A DNA stretch of 64,000 nt from Candidatus Micrarchaeota archaeon (GCA_038046765.1 JBBSVN010000003.1:64001-128000), one strand, 5' to 3'; counted from the stretch's first letter, positions 28,167-39,111 are shown. Notes: generated by a model from the letters alone, not told the origin. A program made the numbers and translations.

Positions 28167-29225
28167 CTATTTCACAAAATAAAACAACACCGCAATAATC
28201 AAATACATTATCACTAACTGTGCTCCTTCAAACCAGTTCGTGCTTTCATCTGATGAAATTTCGTTTACAATTAATACACTAGCAAATACTGCAATTATTT
28301 CAAATGGAGTAAACACCAAATCCATAGGTTGCTTCATAACTATTCCTGCTAATACTGCAACAGGAGCTACAAACAATGCAATCTGCAAACTAGAACCAAC
28401 AGTTATCCCTATTGCGACATCAAGTTCATTTTTCATTGCAAAAGATACTGCGGAAATATGTTCAGCTGCGTTACCTACTATTGCAACTATTACTGCACCA
28501 ATAAATAGTTCAGTTAAATTAAAACTTTTTGCAAATGTTTCTATCTGAGCAACAAATATTTCGCTGATTAATGCGAGAAAAACTGTTGATATTAGAAGAA
28601 CTAAAATTGCTTTATTCCGACTCCACTTTGGTTTTTCATCTTCATGACTTTTATGGCTATGACTGGTAAATAAATGACTATGCGTTTTTAGAGAAAACAA
28701 TATGCTAAGTAAATATAACGAAATTAATAAAATTGAAACAATAATGCTTAACCCTAGTTCGTCTTTTGGATTTCTTACCTGATCTGGCATTAAATGGAAT
28801 AAACTAGGAATCATAATGCTCATAAAAGCAATTAAAAGCATGGTTGCATTTAGTCCTGCCAAATGCTTTGAAAATTTCTGTTCCTTGTATTTTAAACCAC
28901 CTAGTAACAAACTTAGTCCAAGAACGAAAAGTATATTGCCAATTATACTCCCTGCTATCGATGCTTTAACTAAGTCAAGTAATCCTTTATTGATTGCCAA
29001 AAGTGCGATTATTAATTCAGCTGCGTTTCCAAATGTCGCATTTAATAATCCGCCAATATGCCCGCCATATATTTTAGCTAATTCTTCAGTTGCTTCGCCC
29101 ATTTTAGCGGCTAATGGTAGAATCGCAAGTAATGAAACTACAAAAAGTATCGTGCTGTTTGTTCCGATATAATTTAACGCGAACGCTAAAAATACAAAAA
29201 TAAATAAAATATCCTTAATTTGCAT
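28167..29225 (-). CDS. Ca2+/H+ antiporter (CAX/ChaA family)
   Basis: ATFGNAAE and GNAAEH alpha repeats; GSSLQIALF. Confidence 0.95.
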   Translation of the reverse strand: MQIKDILFIFVFLAFALNYIGTNSTILFVVSLLAILPLAAKMGEATEELAKIYGGHIGGLLNATFGNAAELIIALLAINKGLLDLVKASIAGSIIGNILFVLGLSLLLGGLKYKEQKFSKHLAGLNATMLLIAFMSIMIPSLFHLMPDQVRNPKDELGLSIIVSILLISLYLLSILFSLKTHSHLFTSHSHKSHEDEKPKWSRNKAILVLLISTVFLALISEIFVAQIETFAKSFNLTELFIGAVIVAIVGNAAEHISAVSFAMKNELDVAIGITVGSSLQIALFVAPVAVLAGIVMKQPMDLVFTPFEIIAVFASVLIVNEISSDESTNWFEGAQLVIMYLIIAVLFYFVK

Positions 29226-29802
29226 ACTGTTTGTACACCCAATCATTCATTTTTTGAGCTTTGCTTTTATAATAATAACCAAAAGTTAATCCAAATATCA
29301 ATCCACCTAAATGCGCTGCGCTTGCTGTTCCTGAAGCAGGATTAAAAGAACCGATTAATTCTAAGACAAACCAAATTATAGTCATTGTTCGAATTGAAAC
29401 TGGAAAAAAGAAGAATAACAAAGTTAGTTCAGGCATTAAAATCGAAAGCGCTCCGAGCATTGCGTAAATTGCCCCGCTAGCCCCTAATGCTGGAATGGGT
29501 GGAATTATTCCAAAATAAATAGTAACTAGATACGCGATGCTACCAATAATCCCCCCAAATAAGAATAAAATCAAGAAATCTCTTTTACCAATCGTATTTT
29601 CAAGGTAAGGACCAAAGGCAATTAGCGCGTATGCATTGAAAAAAAGATGCATTACTCCACCGTGTAAAAATATGCTCGTAATTAACATCCAAGGCATTAA
29701 GTTTGTTGGATTTAGTATAAACATTTTTTCGAAACCAGGAACGGATAGTTGGACGACAAATACAACTACAATTAAAAAAAGCAAAATATGTGTTATTTTC
29801 AT
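29215..29802 (-). CDS. Rhomboid intramembrane serine protease
   Basis: FLHG..HLFFN, GASGA, AHLGG. Confidence 0.95.
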   Translation of the reverse strand: MKITHILLFLIVVVFVVQLSVPGFEKMFILNPTNLMPWMLITSIFLHGGVMHLFFNAYALIAFGPYLENTIGKRDFLILFLFGGIIGSIAYLVTIYFGIIPPIPALGASGAIYAMLGALSILMPELTLLFFFFPVSIRTMTIIWFVLELIGSFNPASGTASAAHLGGLIFGLTFGYYYKSKAQKMNDWVYKQYAN

Positions 29803-29823
29803 GAGTTTTCAACCTTTCCCGAG

Positions 29824-30621
29824 CTATTCTTTCAAATAATTAATCGTTTCTTTTCTAGAACTAATAAATGCTTCGATTTCAACGTACTTTTCCATTCCAG
29901 CGTCTTTTATTTTCTTAAGTAAGTTCGCTTCGATCTGGAAAACTCCTGCACTACTTTCCATCTCAACGTAGATACTTATTGGTTTAGTTTTCCCTTCTTT
30001 AACCCTTACCTTTGTAATCGATAGTGCGCTTAATCCGTGCATGTCTCGTTTTCCTTTTTCGTATGGAATTCTTGCTCGTCCTTGTTCCATATCACATCCA
30101 TCTGCAAGAGGCACAATTTTAGCTTCTAAACTAGTCGATTGATAATTTCCCATGTGACAAAGTATTGCTTCTAAGATTAACTTCTTTTTTCTTTCGTTTA
30201 GTTCGTTAATTTCATTTGTTGTATGGTATAATCTATCTAATATTCCTTTTACTATAAAAAATCCAGTTAATTCATGTTGATCGCGTAATATCGAGTTTCC
30301 AATGTCGTGTAAGTATCCTGCGATGATTACAACCTCCAATGCATCTTCAAACGTTGCTTTTTTACATTCTTTTAGAAGGTTTGGTTTAATTCCTTTAGAA
30401 TATAAAATTTGAAGTATTTTTGCACTTATAAAAGAAACAATTTTAGCGTGAACATCTCCGTGGTCGTTGTAACCAAGTCTACCAACAGTTACATCGTTAC
30501 TAATAACAAGCGCTAGTTCGATTTCTTTATCCGTTCGTAAAAAGTCAAGGGTCTTTCTAGCTTTAGGGAATTCTTTTATTTCATCGTCCAAGTTTTTGTT
30601 AATTGTTTCACGAAGGTTCAA
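29824..30621 (-). CDS. HD-superfamily phosphohydrolase
   Basis: YNDHG..H, LHDIGN, CHMG, ADGCDM. Confidence 0.9.
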   Translation of the reverse strand: MNLRETINKNLDDEIKEFPKARKTLDFLRTDKEIELALVISNDVTVGRLGYNDHGDVHAKIVSFISAKILQILYSKGIKPNLLKECKKATFEDALEVVIIAGYLHDIGNSILRDQHELTGFFIVKGILDRLYHTTNEINELNERKKKLILEAILCHMGNYQSTSLEAKIVPLADGCDMEQGRARIPYEKGKRDMHGLSALSITKVRVKEGKTKPISIYVEMESSAGVFQIEANLLKKIKDAGMEKYVEIEAFISSRKETINYLKE

Positions 30622-30633
30622 AGAATCACCAAA

Positions 30634-32166
30634 TTAAGAACGTTGTTGTTTTGCTTCGTATTCTTCTAAAAGTTTTAGGACTTTCTCTGAAGATTTTGTA
30701 GATTGGTCATTATCTTTCCAATATTTTACGGACTCCTTTTTATAGTCTATTGCCGTTTTTCCATCCGCGTCTTTTATATCCACGCGTGCACCTTTTTCTA
30801 GGAGTAATCTTATTCTATCTATTCCCTCATTTGTAACAGCCCAAATAAGGGGTGTTCTTCCAATGTTATCTTTGGCATTTATATCCGCACCATTTTCTAA
30901 TAAAATTTCAATTCTTTTTTTAGTTTCTCTTTCTGAAACCTCATGATATACACAAGTTATTGCGTGGTGGATAGGAGCCCAACCTCTTTGGTCTTGTGCA
31001 TTAACATTTGCGCCTTTTTCGATTAAAAGTTTAATTGTAGATAATTTTCCACGCTCGTTTAAAGCTTCCATCAAAGGAGTTTCTTGATTTCCATTTCGAC
31101 CGTTTACATTAGCTCCAAACTTAAGTAATAGCTTAATTAGATTATTATCCCCCCATCTAGCAATCCTACCTAATAATGTAAATTCCCGTCCAATCTGAAC
31201 TTTTCTTACTTTGTTTAAATCAAAATCACTATTTGCTGCAAATATTTCGATTAAAAGTCGCTCCATTAGTTTAGGCTTGTCGTACACATAGTCTAGGATT
31301 GTTTTGCCGTCATCATCTTCTAACAAAGGATCAGCTCCATTTCTTATCAAATGTTCTAAAACTCCTTTATCCCTCCAAAAAAAGCAAAAACGTTTAATCG
31401 CAGTTATTAAAGGTGTAGAGCCGTCACCTCTTCGTGCATTTATATCTGCCCCGTATTTTAGTAAAAGATCGATCATAGGAATATTTCCGTTCCACACTGC
31501 CACAGACATAGGACAACCGTGATCAATAAGAGAAGGATCTTTTAGATTTATTTCAGAGATAATCAATTCTGCGGTTTCTAAGTTATTACTTCTAACTGCC
31601 ATCCACAATGCATTTCCTCCTTTATCATCTATTTCAACTACACTTGCTTTATGTTTTAAAAGTAGTTTAACCATTTCAGAATTTCCTTTTTCAGCAGCAT
31701 GCATTAACGCAGTCTTACCTTTTTCATCTTTTGCATTTACTTCGGCTCCACTTTCAAGCGCTTCTTCTAATTTTCTAATGTTTCCTCTTTTTGCTGCATC
31801 CAGTAATTTTTTATTATGTTCCATTGCCCAGTTTTCAACTAGAATATCTCTTCTTTGTAATGCTCGTTGTTCTGAATGCGGTGAAGTTGTTAATTCTCTT
31901 TTTTGCCCCCCTTGCAATAATGCATTAGCACTTATTACATACTTTTCTGCTTCTTTCATTATTCTTTCTAGTTCCTTTGAACTTTTTGATTTTCTAGATT
32001 TTTTTGCTTGCTTACTGGCATTTTTTATATTAAGTAAAGCTCCAAGCTTATTAGAACTAGTTAATGTTATTCCTTTTTCTATTGCAAAATCGTTTATCTT
32101 GTCTTGTAGTTCTTCGGGTAACTGTGAAATTTTTAGATTTCGTATTATTTCGAATTCTGGTTTCAT
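30634..32166 (-). CDS. Ankyrin-repeat protein
   Basis: Repeated GxT(A/P)L...LL..GAD(I/V)N units. Confidence 0.92.
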   Translation of the reverse strand: MKPEFEIIRNLKISQLPEELQDKINDFAIEKGITLTSSNKLGALLNIKNASKQAKKSRKSKSSKELERIMKEAEKYVISANALLQGGQKRELTTSPHSEQRALQRRDILVENWAMEHNKKLLDAAKRGNIRKLEEALESGAEVNAKDEKGKTALMHAAEKGNSEMVKLLLKHKASVVEIDDKGGNALWMAVRSNNLETAELIISEINLKDPSLIDHGCPMSVAVWNGNIPMIDLLLKYGADINARRGDGSTPLITAIKRFCFFWRDKGVLEHLIRNGADPLLEDDDGKTILDYVYDKPKLMERLLIEIFAANSDFDLNKVRKVQIGREFTLLGRIARWGDNNLIKLLLKFGANVNGRNGNQETPLMEALNERGKLSTIKLLIEKGANVNAQDQRGWAPIHHAITCVYHEVSERETKKRIEILLENGADINAKDNIGRTPLIWAVTNEGIDRIRLLLEKGARVDIKDADGKTAIDYKKESVKYWKDNDQSTKSSEKVLKLLEEYEAKQQRS

Positions 32167-32176
32167 AATTAAACCT

Positions 32177-32695
32177 TTATTTATTAGGCTTTATATACTC
32201 AAAACCTTTCTTTTCAAAAACGATTTTAGTTATCTCTGTTATAAAATCCCTGCCATCGTTTAAAACCTTATTTGCCTCTTGTGAAGTTATCTCACCTAAG
32301 CCATAAGAAGCCTTTATTCTTTCTGTTTTTGCATATTCTAAAGAATCCGAGTATGTTTTGCTTAACTTTTTTGCTTTCTTTACGTATTCTGTATAATCTG
32401 GGAATACTTTCCTTTCTTGAACATAAAATGTTTCAAAAGCTACGATTGCACATTCATGTGATCGTGCATCTAAACCAATTAGCCATAAACTTGCCATTGT
32501 TGCGTGATACATTGCGTAATAAGAACAGGTAATTGTCCAGTCGAAGAACTTAAATTCGTTCATTTTTGTTGCAGCTAACAAATTTTTGTTGGCTTTTTCT
32601 AAGTGTTCCTCTGCTTTATTTACGCTTTCCTGAACTTTTATTAGTCTTTTAGGTATTTCTCCAGAACCTTCAAAACACCGATCGAGTAAATTCAT
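32177..32695 (-). CDS. HEPN domain protein (MNT-HEPN module)
   Basis: SYYAMYH, RSHEC, ERIKASY; ATGA overlap with the upstream gene. Confidence 0.88.
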   Translation of the reverse strand: MNLLDRCFEGSGEIPKRLIKVQESVNKAEEHLEKANKNLLAATKMNEFKFFDWTITCSYYAMYHATMASLWLIGLDARSHECAIVAFETFYVQERKVFPDYTEYVKKAKKLSKTYSDSLEYAKTERIKASYGLGEITSQEANKVLNDGRDFITEITKIVFEKKGFEYIKPNK

Positions 32696-33354
32696 ATTGG
32701 TTCACCTAGTTTTAGGATTTGCCTAGAAAATTCTTCATCAGCATACAAAACAATCCTATCTTGCCAAATTGTTGAGTATATCGGCTCTTTTTTCCACTTT
32801 AATTCCATTTCTTTTAATTCTATGGTATGTATTTCAAACTTTTTTCCAGTTAGGGCATACATTTTTTCTTTAACTAAGCCAACATATTTATCAAAGCTAG
32901 AATCTTTATTTTTAACTACTACAAGTAAATCTATGTCACTTTCATCTTTAGCGTCTTTTCTTGCCACTGACCCAAAAAGAAGTATGAATTTCATGTCTGT
33001 TTTTGTTCTTCCTACGGCTTTTTTTATTAAATCTTCTGACATTAGTTCGTTTAACATTTTTTGAACCCATACTTGTACTTTTGGATTTTTAGAGTAAAAT
33101 TCTTGTCTCCTTTCCATTTCTAAAATAGAAAATACTTTTAGAACAAGTTCATTCATGGGGTTTATCTGATATTCTTTTATTTTACCTTTTGTAACTGCTT
33201 TTAGTGTATTTATTTTTTCTAGTTCTTTTAAATAGTAATGAACTCTTTCATAAGATAGTTTACAATTTTTAGCGATTTCTCTTATATACAGGGGTTTAGT
33301 TGGAGCACTAAAGAATACTTGCAGAATGTCCTTTGCATTGTCAATGTAGATCAT
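32692..33354 (-). CDS. wHTH + minimal nucleotidyltransferase (MNT)
   Basis: YIREIAK HTH; LFGSVAR...SDIDLLV. Confidence 0.9.
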   Translation of the reverse strand: MIYIDNAKDILQVFFSAPTKPLYIREIAKNCKLSYERVHYYLKELEKINTLKAVTKGKIKEYQINPMNELVLKVFSILEMERRQEFYSKNPKVQVWVQKMLNELMSEDLIKKAVGRTKTDMKFILLFGSVARKDAKDESDIDLLVVVKNKDSSFDKYVGLVKEKMYALTGKKFEIHTIELKEMELKWKKEPIYSTIWQDRIVLYADEEFSRQILKLGEPI

Positions 33355-33386
33355 AATTAGACTAGAACGGATTAGTTTTTAAATAT

Positions 33387-33422
33387 ATTGAAAAATCAAT
33401 CATATGATTGGAATTCCAATCA
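33387..33422. promoter_or_regulatory. Chained palindromes (putative operator) upstream of MNT-HEPN
   Basis: ATTGAAAAATCAAT, CAATCATATGATTG and TGATTGGAATTCCAATCA overlap; ATTG/CAAT recur every 10 bp. Confidence 0.55.
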
Positions 33423-33432
33423 ATAGGCTAGA

Positions 33433-34854
33433 TTAGCTATTTATCATTTTTTTTATCTTCTCCATCGTCTCTTTAGGGTCAGCCTTGAAATTGGTTTTTC
33501 TTAAAACTTGCCCAACTAAGAAATTGATTGATTTTTCATCCCCCGCTTTAATCTTGTCAATCGTTTCTTTATTTTCTGCAATGACCTCTAAAATTATTTT
33601 ATTTATGTCTAGACTTGCTTCACCTTCTTGTTTACTAAGTTCATTTAATTTTTTCTCTGGGTCATCAAACATTTTCTTAATCAATTCCTTAGCTTCCCTT
33701 TCAGTTATCTTTTTACTTTCAATAGCAAACATCAATTCTAAGAAGTTTTCTTCTTTAGGGCATGTTTCAATTTCATAGTTATGCCAGTTTGCGCATTTTA
33801 AAAAATCTCCAACAAGCCATTTAGCTAAGTTTTCTGGATTTTTATATATTGCCAAGCATTTCTCAAAGTATTCATAAAGCCCACGCTTAAACGCAAGCGG
33901 GGTTGCAATTTGGGGAGCTAGTTTATACTTAGCTAAGATTTCTTCATAAACTTCTGTAGGTAACCTCTTCATGCCTTCTATTGCGTTTTCAATATCAACA
34001 CTATTTAATTCAATAGGCAATAGGTCAGGTTCATAAATATACCCGTAGTCTTCTTCCTGTTCTTTCTTTCTAAGTAAGATTGTGGTTTCTGTTTCCTCTG
34101 AATACATCCTCGTTTCTCTTGTGATTTTGTCTCCTCTGGTTTTCAAGAAAATCTGTCTTGATAATTCGGCTTTTAATGCCTTTTCTAACGCATCACTTCC
34201 AGATATGTTTTTTAGTTCTACTCTTTCGCCTCCTTCAATTGAAATATTGGCGTCAGTACGCATGCTTCCTTCTCGATTCGGATCAATAATCCCAACATAG
34301 CTTAAAATTTCAAATAATTTTTTTACGTAAGTTACTGCTTCACTTATTGCAGTAAAATCAGGTTCAGTAACAACTTCGCATAAGGGAATACCCGACCTAT
34401 TATAATCAACTAAAACTCCGCTCGCAGTTCCAATATGGCCTCCAACATATTCTACCTTTCCAGGGTCTTCTTCTAAGTGCGCACGAGTAATTCTTATCGT
34501 CTTTTCGCTCTTATTTGAAGTTTCAATAGTAAACTTTCCAGGGCCCGCAATAGGTTCATCATACTGCGTTGTTTGGTATGCTTTTGATAAATCAGGGTAA
34601 AAATATATTTTTCTTGCAAACCTTGAATTATGACTTATTTTGCACTGCATAATTGTTGCAAGTTGTATTGCAAGTTCAACAGCTCGTTTATTTAGTCGCG
34701 GTTTAGAACCTGGAAAACCTAAGCATATCTCACAAGTATTCTGATTTGGTTCTGTAGAAGAGCCTTGCTCGGCTGAACAAGCGCAAAAGAGCTTACTTTT
34801 AGTGTTTAATTGAACGTGAGATTCAAGACCGATTTTAATTTTTACTTGTTGCAT
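33433..34854 (-). CDS. gatB: Asp-tRNA(Asn)/Glu-tRNA(Gln) amidotransferase subunit B
   Basis: IGLESHVQL, RKIYFYPD, HLEEDPG, DYNRSGIPL, ELKNI. Confidence 0.95.
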   Translation of the reverse strand: MQQVKIKIGLESHVQLNTKSKLFCACSAEQGSSTEPNQNTCEICLGFPGSKPRLNKRAVELAIQLATIMQCKISHNSRFARKIYFYPDLSKAYQTTQYDEPIAGPGKFTIETSNKSEKTIRITRAHLEEDPGKVEYVGGHIGTASGVLVDYNRSGIPLCEVVTEPDFTAISEAVTYVKKLFEILSYVGIIDPNREGSMRTDANISIEGGERVELKNISGSDALEKALKAELSRQIFLKTRGDKITRETRMYSEETETTILLRKKEQEEDYGYIYEPDLLPIELNSVDIENAIEGMKRLPTEVYEEILAKYKLAPQIATPLAFKRGLYEYFEKCLAIYKNPENLAKWLVGDFLKCANWHNYEIETCPKEENFLELMFAIESKKITEREAKELIKKMFDDPEKKLNELSKQEGEASLDINKIILEVIAENKETIDKIKAGDEKSINFLVGQVLRKTNFKADPKETMEKIKKMINS

Positions 34855-34883
34855 ATGTGTTCACTAGTTTTATTTATTTTCGG

Positions 34884-36305
34884 TTACTTTTTTACTATCT
34901 TCTCAACTCCCTTTCCAAATTCAAAGAGTGTATTTTCTTCCAAATGATTACAAATTAATTGCGCTGCGATAGGTAGTCCGTTTGATTTAGCAATAGGAAT
35001 TGATAGATGGGGTAATCCAATTAAGTTGGGTGGAATGGTACATTTATCAAGCGCGTAATTCTGCATTGGTGTCAATTTCTTTATATCACTAAATTTAGGA
35101 GGTAAAATTGGCATTGCGGGAGTTACGATTGCGTCAAACTCCTTGAAGACTTTAGTAAATTCTTCCTTTATTTTTGTTCGAACTTTTGTTGCTTTTAAGT
35201 AATATTTCTCCTTGTATCCAGCAGTTCGAACAAACGTACCAAGAATGATTCTTCGTTTTTCTTCACTAGAAAAGTATTTTGACCGTATGTTTGTAAAGTG
35301 TTCATTAAAGCTGCCCTTTATCTCTTCTTGAGCTCCATAACGCATTCCATAGAATTTAGCTAAGTTTGAACTAGCTTCTGCAGTTGCTATAATATAATAG
35401 ACATAAGTAGCATAATCAATTATTGGAAGTGAAATTTCTTTGTATTTAATTCCTTCTTTTTCTAGTTTTTTAATAAAATCCCAAAATTCTTTTTTAACTA
35501 CTTCATCGCAGTTTTCAACCATTTCTTTTACTATTGCAATTTGTTTTACGGGTTTTATTTTTGGTTCGCTTACTTGTAAACTTGTTTCATCCTTAATGTC
35601 ACGACCAAACATTACTTTTGATACAATTTCACAGTCTTCAACTGTTTTTCCAAGCGTTCCGATTTTATCTAAACTATTGGCGTAATCAATTAGTCCGTAA
35701 CGTGAAATTCTGCCGTAAGTAGGTGTAAAACCAATAACATTGCAGAATGCTGCGGGTGCAGTTATACTTCCTCCGGTAGATTCTCCAATCGCAACATGAG
35801 CATTTTTTATCGCGAGCGTTGCAGCTCCGGCTCCACCACTACTTCCACCGCAACTTCGCTCTTTATCAAGCGGGTTTTTAGGAATAGGCATATTTGCTCC
35901 AACGTTCGTATTAAAAGTCCCAAAACCGAAGGAATCCATGGCAGTTTTTCCGATTATTATGGCGCCTTGCTCCTCTAATTTACTAATTGCAGTTGAACTA
36001 AAGGGCGGAATATAACTAGATAATATCGCACTTCCGCACGTTGTCCGAATTCCTTTGGTACAAAGATTATCTTTTACCGAGATAGGAAGTCCCAATAAGG
36101 ACAAGTTATTTGCCTTGCCATCTTTGATCGCTTGCTTTAGCAACTTGGCTCTTTCTAGCGCGTATTCTGTACTGGGTGTTATAAAAAAGTTGAACTGATC
36201 GTTCGCTTTTTCCCCGTCTTCAAGAGTTTTTTGCGTATGCTCTAGAATATCTAATTCTCCGGATTGAATTTGTTTTATAAATGTTTTAATTGACAAAAGT
36301 ATCAC
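34884..36305 (-). CDS. gatA: Amidotransferase subunit A
   Basis: VKDN, GGSSGG, ESTGGSI, RYGL, KRRIILGT. Confidence 0.93.
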   Translation of the reverse strand: MILLSIKTFIKQIQSGELDILEHTQKTLEDGEKANDQFNFFITPSTEYALERAKLLKQAIKDGKANNLSLLGLPISVKDNLCTKGIRTTCGSAILSSYIPPFSSTAISKLEEQGAIIIGKTAMDSFGFGTFNTNVGANMPIPKNPLDKERSCGGSSGGAGAATLAIKNAHVAIGESTGGSITAPAAFCNVIGFTPTYGRISRYGLIDYANSLDKIGTLGKTVEDCEIVSKVMFGRDIKDETSLQVSEPKIKPVKQIAIVKEMVENCDEVVKKEFWDFIKKLEKEGIKYKEISLPIIDYATYVYYIIATAEASSNLAKFYGMRYGAQEEIKGSFNEHFTNIRSKYFSSEEKRRIILGTFVRTAGYKEKYYLKATKVRTKIKEEFTKVFKEFDAIVTPAMPILPPKFSDIKKLTPMQNYALDKCTIPPNLIGLPHLSIPIAKSNGLPIAAQLICNHLEENTLFEFGKGVEKIVKK

Positions 36306-36378
36306 GTTTAATTAGTAACTAATAACTATAGATATTACCTAATTTAGATTTTTAAACCATCCCTGGTATAAGAAATCT

Positions 36379-37551
36379 ATGAAATTTTTCAAAAAAATTG
36401 GAATTACGGTATTATTCTTTCTTTTCGCATTAAATCTTACTTTTTCTGATAACTTATTTAGCAGGTTACAGTTTTCTAGTGCAAACCAATTTGGTGTACC
36501 ACTTGAGAATGTATCCTTTTCCATAGAGTGTACGAGCGATAGAAATCCGTATCCTACTTTTCCATTAAATGGTAAATCTTTTGCATGTTCGACAGATAAG
36601 ACGGGCAAGTGTTTCCCAGAAATATGTTATGCTTGTCCAGCTAATTCAGAAGTTAAGGTTTATGCTAAATACTACGCTACTGAAAATTACCAGGTAATTT
36701 GGAAATGGGCTGGATATTCTAGTGAATCTGGTTTTCCAGGTACCTGTTCATATTTTAAAAGTCCACCATCAAACGATCTGTCTCCATTCACTTTTAGCAC
36801 TTATACTTTAGGAGTAAATCTAAAAGATCAGAATAACGAATACGTAAGCGGGGCAACGGTAACTGTGGGTTCGACCTCGGGTTTTTACACAACGTGCATT
36901 GCTGATAATCTTGGAACATGTATGATTTACAACATACCTGAAGACGCTTACAATGTAAAAGCAAGTTATCAAGGAACAGAAAATCAAACATCAATCAATC
37001 TTGACGCAGATAAAGTAATCAATTTAAGATTAGACAAATCAAACTTAAGATTAACATTCAACTTTTTGGATAAACAAAACCAACCATTATCTGGGGTAGA
37101 ATTGTATGTTTATTCAGTTAATAAAAATAAATATCTAGTTTCAAAAATATCCGCTAGTTCAACTGAATATGTTTCAGTTTCACAAGGAGATAACATAAAC
37201 TACTTGGTAAAATACCGGGGAACGGTTGTAAAATCAGATCAATTTGTGGCAAGAACAAATAGCGAACTAAACGTAACTGTTGGCTGTGATAGATGCCAAG
37301 ATGGAAGTTGTAGCTTTTATTGTCCTAGTACAAATAATCAAGTCAATAATAATCCAAAAACAGCAGAAGTACCTGTGATTGTTACACAAAATAATTCTAA
37401 TGAGTCGAATCTAACTCTTTTAGCGAACAATAATGATAAATCTGTACCGACAAATCCTAATTCGAATGATTTGCTAATCGGACTAGCTTTAGGAATGATT
37501 TTAGTTTTAGCACTTCTGGGAGTGTATTTACTAATAAAAAATAGACGATAA
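36379..37551 (+). CDS. Secreted, Cys-rich, C-terminally anchored surface protein with beta-sandwich repeats
   Basis: Signal peptide, repeated DxNxxP(L/V)SG-type units, C-terminal TM followed by KNRR. Confidence 0.7.
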   Translation: MKFFKKIGITVLFFLFALNLTFSDNLFSRLQFSSANQFGVPLENVSFSIECTSDRNPYPTFPLNGKSFACSTDKTGKCFPEICYACPANSEVKVYAKYYATENYQVIWKWAGYSSESGFPGTCSYFKSPPSNDLSPFTFSTYTLGVNLKDQNNEYVSGATVTVGSTSGFYTTCIADNLGTCMIYNIPEDAYNVKASYQGTENQTSINLDADKVINLRLDKSNLRLTFNFLDKQNQPLSGVELYVYSVNKNKYLVSKISASSTEYVSVSQGDNINYLVKYRGTVVKSDQFVARTNSELNVTVGCDRCQDGSCSFYCPSTNNQVNNNPKTAEVPVIVTQNNSNESNLTLLANNNDKSVPTNPNSNDLLIGLALGMILVLALLGVYLLIKNRR

Positions 37552-37573
37552 TGACTCGCTCTAGATTAGTTAT

Positions 37574-38056
37574 TTAGTCTTGGTTTAATTTTTTTATTTC
37601 TTCTAAAACTTCTTTTGCGTGTCCTTCTGGGTTTACGTTTTCCCAAATTCTTAGGATCTCTCCATCTTTTGCGATTAAGAACGTCGTTCGCATCGACCCC
37701 ATATGTTCTTTTCCCATAAATTGTTTTTTCTGCCAGACGCCGTATGATTGATTAATTTTTTTGTTCGTGTCTGCAATTAAATTGATCGTAAGTTGTTTTC
37801 CTTCTACAAATTTTTTGTGTGAATCACAATCGTCTTTACTTACTCCTAAAATCACAGCGTTCGCTTGAGCAAACTCATTATTTAGCTTTGTAAAATCTAA
37901 TGCTTCAATTGTGCACCCAGGAGTATCATCTTTTGGGTAAAAATATACTACAACGTATTTCCCTAGAAAATCTTTAAGAGAAATTTCTTTTTTATCTTGG
38001 TTTAGGCCAGAAAATTCAGGTGCTTTTTCTCCGATTTTTAGTGTTACGTAAGACAT
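37574..38056 (-). CDS. bcp: Peroxiredoxin BCP
   Basis: YFYPKDDTPGCTIEA. Confidence 0.93.
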   Translation of the reverse strand: MSYVTLKIGEKAPEFSGLNQDKKEISLKDFLGKYVVVYFYPKDDTPGCTIEALDFTKLNNEFAQANAVILGVSKDDCDSHKKFVEGKQLTINLIADTNKKINQSYGVWQKKQFMGKEHMGSMRTTFLIAKDGEILRIWENVNPEGHAKEVLEEIKKLNQD

Positions 38057-38108
38057 AGATTAAACTATGCTAAGTAAATTTAAAAAGAAATGATACGTAA
38101 AGATTAGC

Positions 38109-38654
38109 ATGGGAATGTTTGATACTATATTTATTAACGTTCTTTGTCCGTATTGTAAAAAAGAGCACAACGACATCCAAACAAAGGCATTTGCAAACTT
38201 CCTAGATGAATATAAAACAGGGGATTTGCTTGAGCATTCTCCAATTGAGAACGATATTTTAAAAAGAGCTGCTTACGATTCCTGCGATGAGGCACATGAC
38301 TTATTCTATTGCGATATTAAAGTAAAAAACTATAAATTAGTTGGACTTGGTAAACCAGTTAAGAATGAAAATTATGTTAAAAAACGAACTGAACTAGAAA
38401 AGAAAATCAAGGAAAGCACTAGATACAAGAAAAAAGTAAAAGAAACAGATAAAATGTATTCCAATATTCCAAAATTGTTAAAACAACTTAAATGGAAAAA
38501 TCAAAAACCAATAAAAGATATAAATTTTGAAATCAAAAGAAACCCTGATTTAAGAGTACTTAACAAAAAAGGTGTTTATCAGAAAGCAAAAATTAAGAAA
38601 TTCACTAAAGATAAGATTATTATAGAATTTCTAAAAGAAACTAAGAATAAGTGA
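38109..38654 (+). CDS. Hypothetical CxxC protein (MGMFD start), paralogue of 44925-45512
   Basis: MGMFDT...CPYC...QTK.F...Y..GD...YDSC...FYCD...GKPVK. Confidence 0.8.
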   Translation: MGMFDTIFINVLCPYCKKEHNDIQTKAFANFLDEYKTGDLLEHSPIENDILKRAAYDSCDEAHDLFYCDIKVKNYKLVGLGKPVKNENYVKKRTELEKKIKESTRYKKKVKETDKMYSNIPKLLKQLKWKNQKPIKDINFEIKRNPDLRVLNKKGVYQKAKIKKFTKDKIIIEFLKETKNK

Positions 38655-38659
38655 GATAC

Positions 38660-38908
38660 ATGGTAAACCTGATGGTTGAAGTAACAAATCCTGAACTTAA
38701 TGCCACGGAGGATTTAATTACTGCATGGACACTGTGTAATGCTCATCTTGTAAAAAGAGCTAAAGATGAAGCCGAACTTTTTTCTTGGCAAAATTCTTGT
38801 AAGTCCTGTCAAAAAGAAAAAAAGAAAATTCGTGATCGATCACTAAAACTTTGGGGGAAGTTAGTCCGAGCTTATGATTCACCAAAGCGTAAGAAACATA
38901 AAAAATAA
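38660..38908 (+). CDS. Small hypothetical protein with C/H/CxxC
   Basis: Immediately follows the upstream gene; start 38651 or 38660. Confidence 0.6.
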   Translation: MVNLMVEVTNPELNATEDLITAWTLCNAHLVKRAKDEAELFSWQNSCKSCQKEKKKIRDRSLKLWGKLVRAYDSPKRKKHKK

Positions 38909-39111
38909 TCAAGAACAAACAATGGTAGGATATTCTTAGAATTTCTAAGTATTATTTAGATTGAGAAAATATACATGAAATAACTTGAAAAACCTAGATA
39001 TTCTCCGACGTAAATTTTAGTGCATTCCATTCTTCGGTACACTTTTGTTTTTACAGCTGGCCTAAACGGACGAAAAAAGCTGACTGCTTTTTGCAAAGAT
39101 TTTTATATAAG

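Noticed and set aside
38936..38962. Xer/dif site
   Set aside because: Arms and spacer do not fit the 11-6-11 dif architecture.
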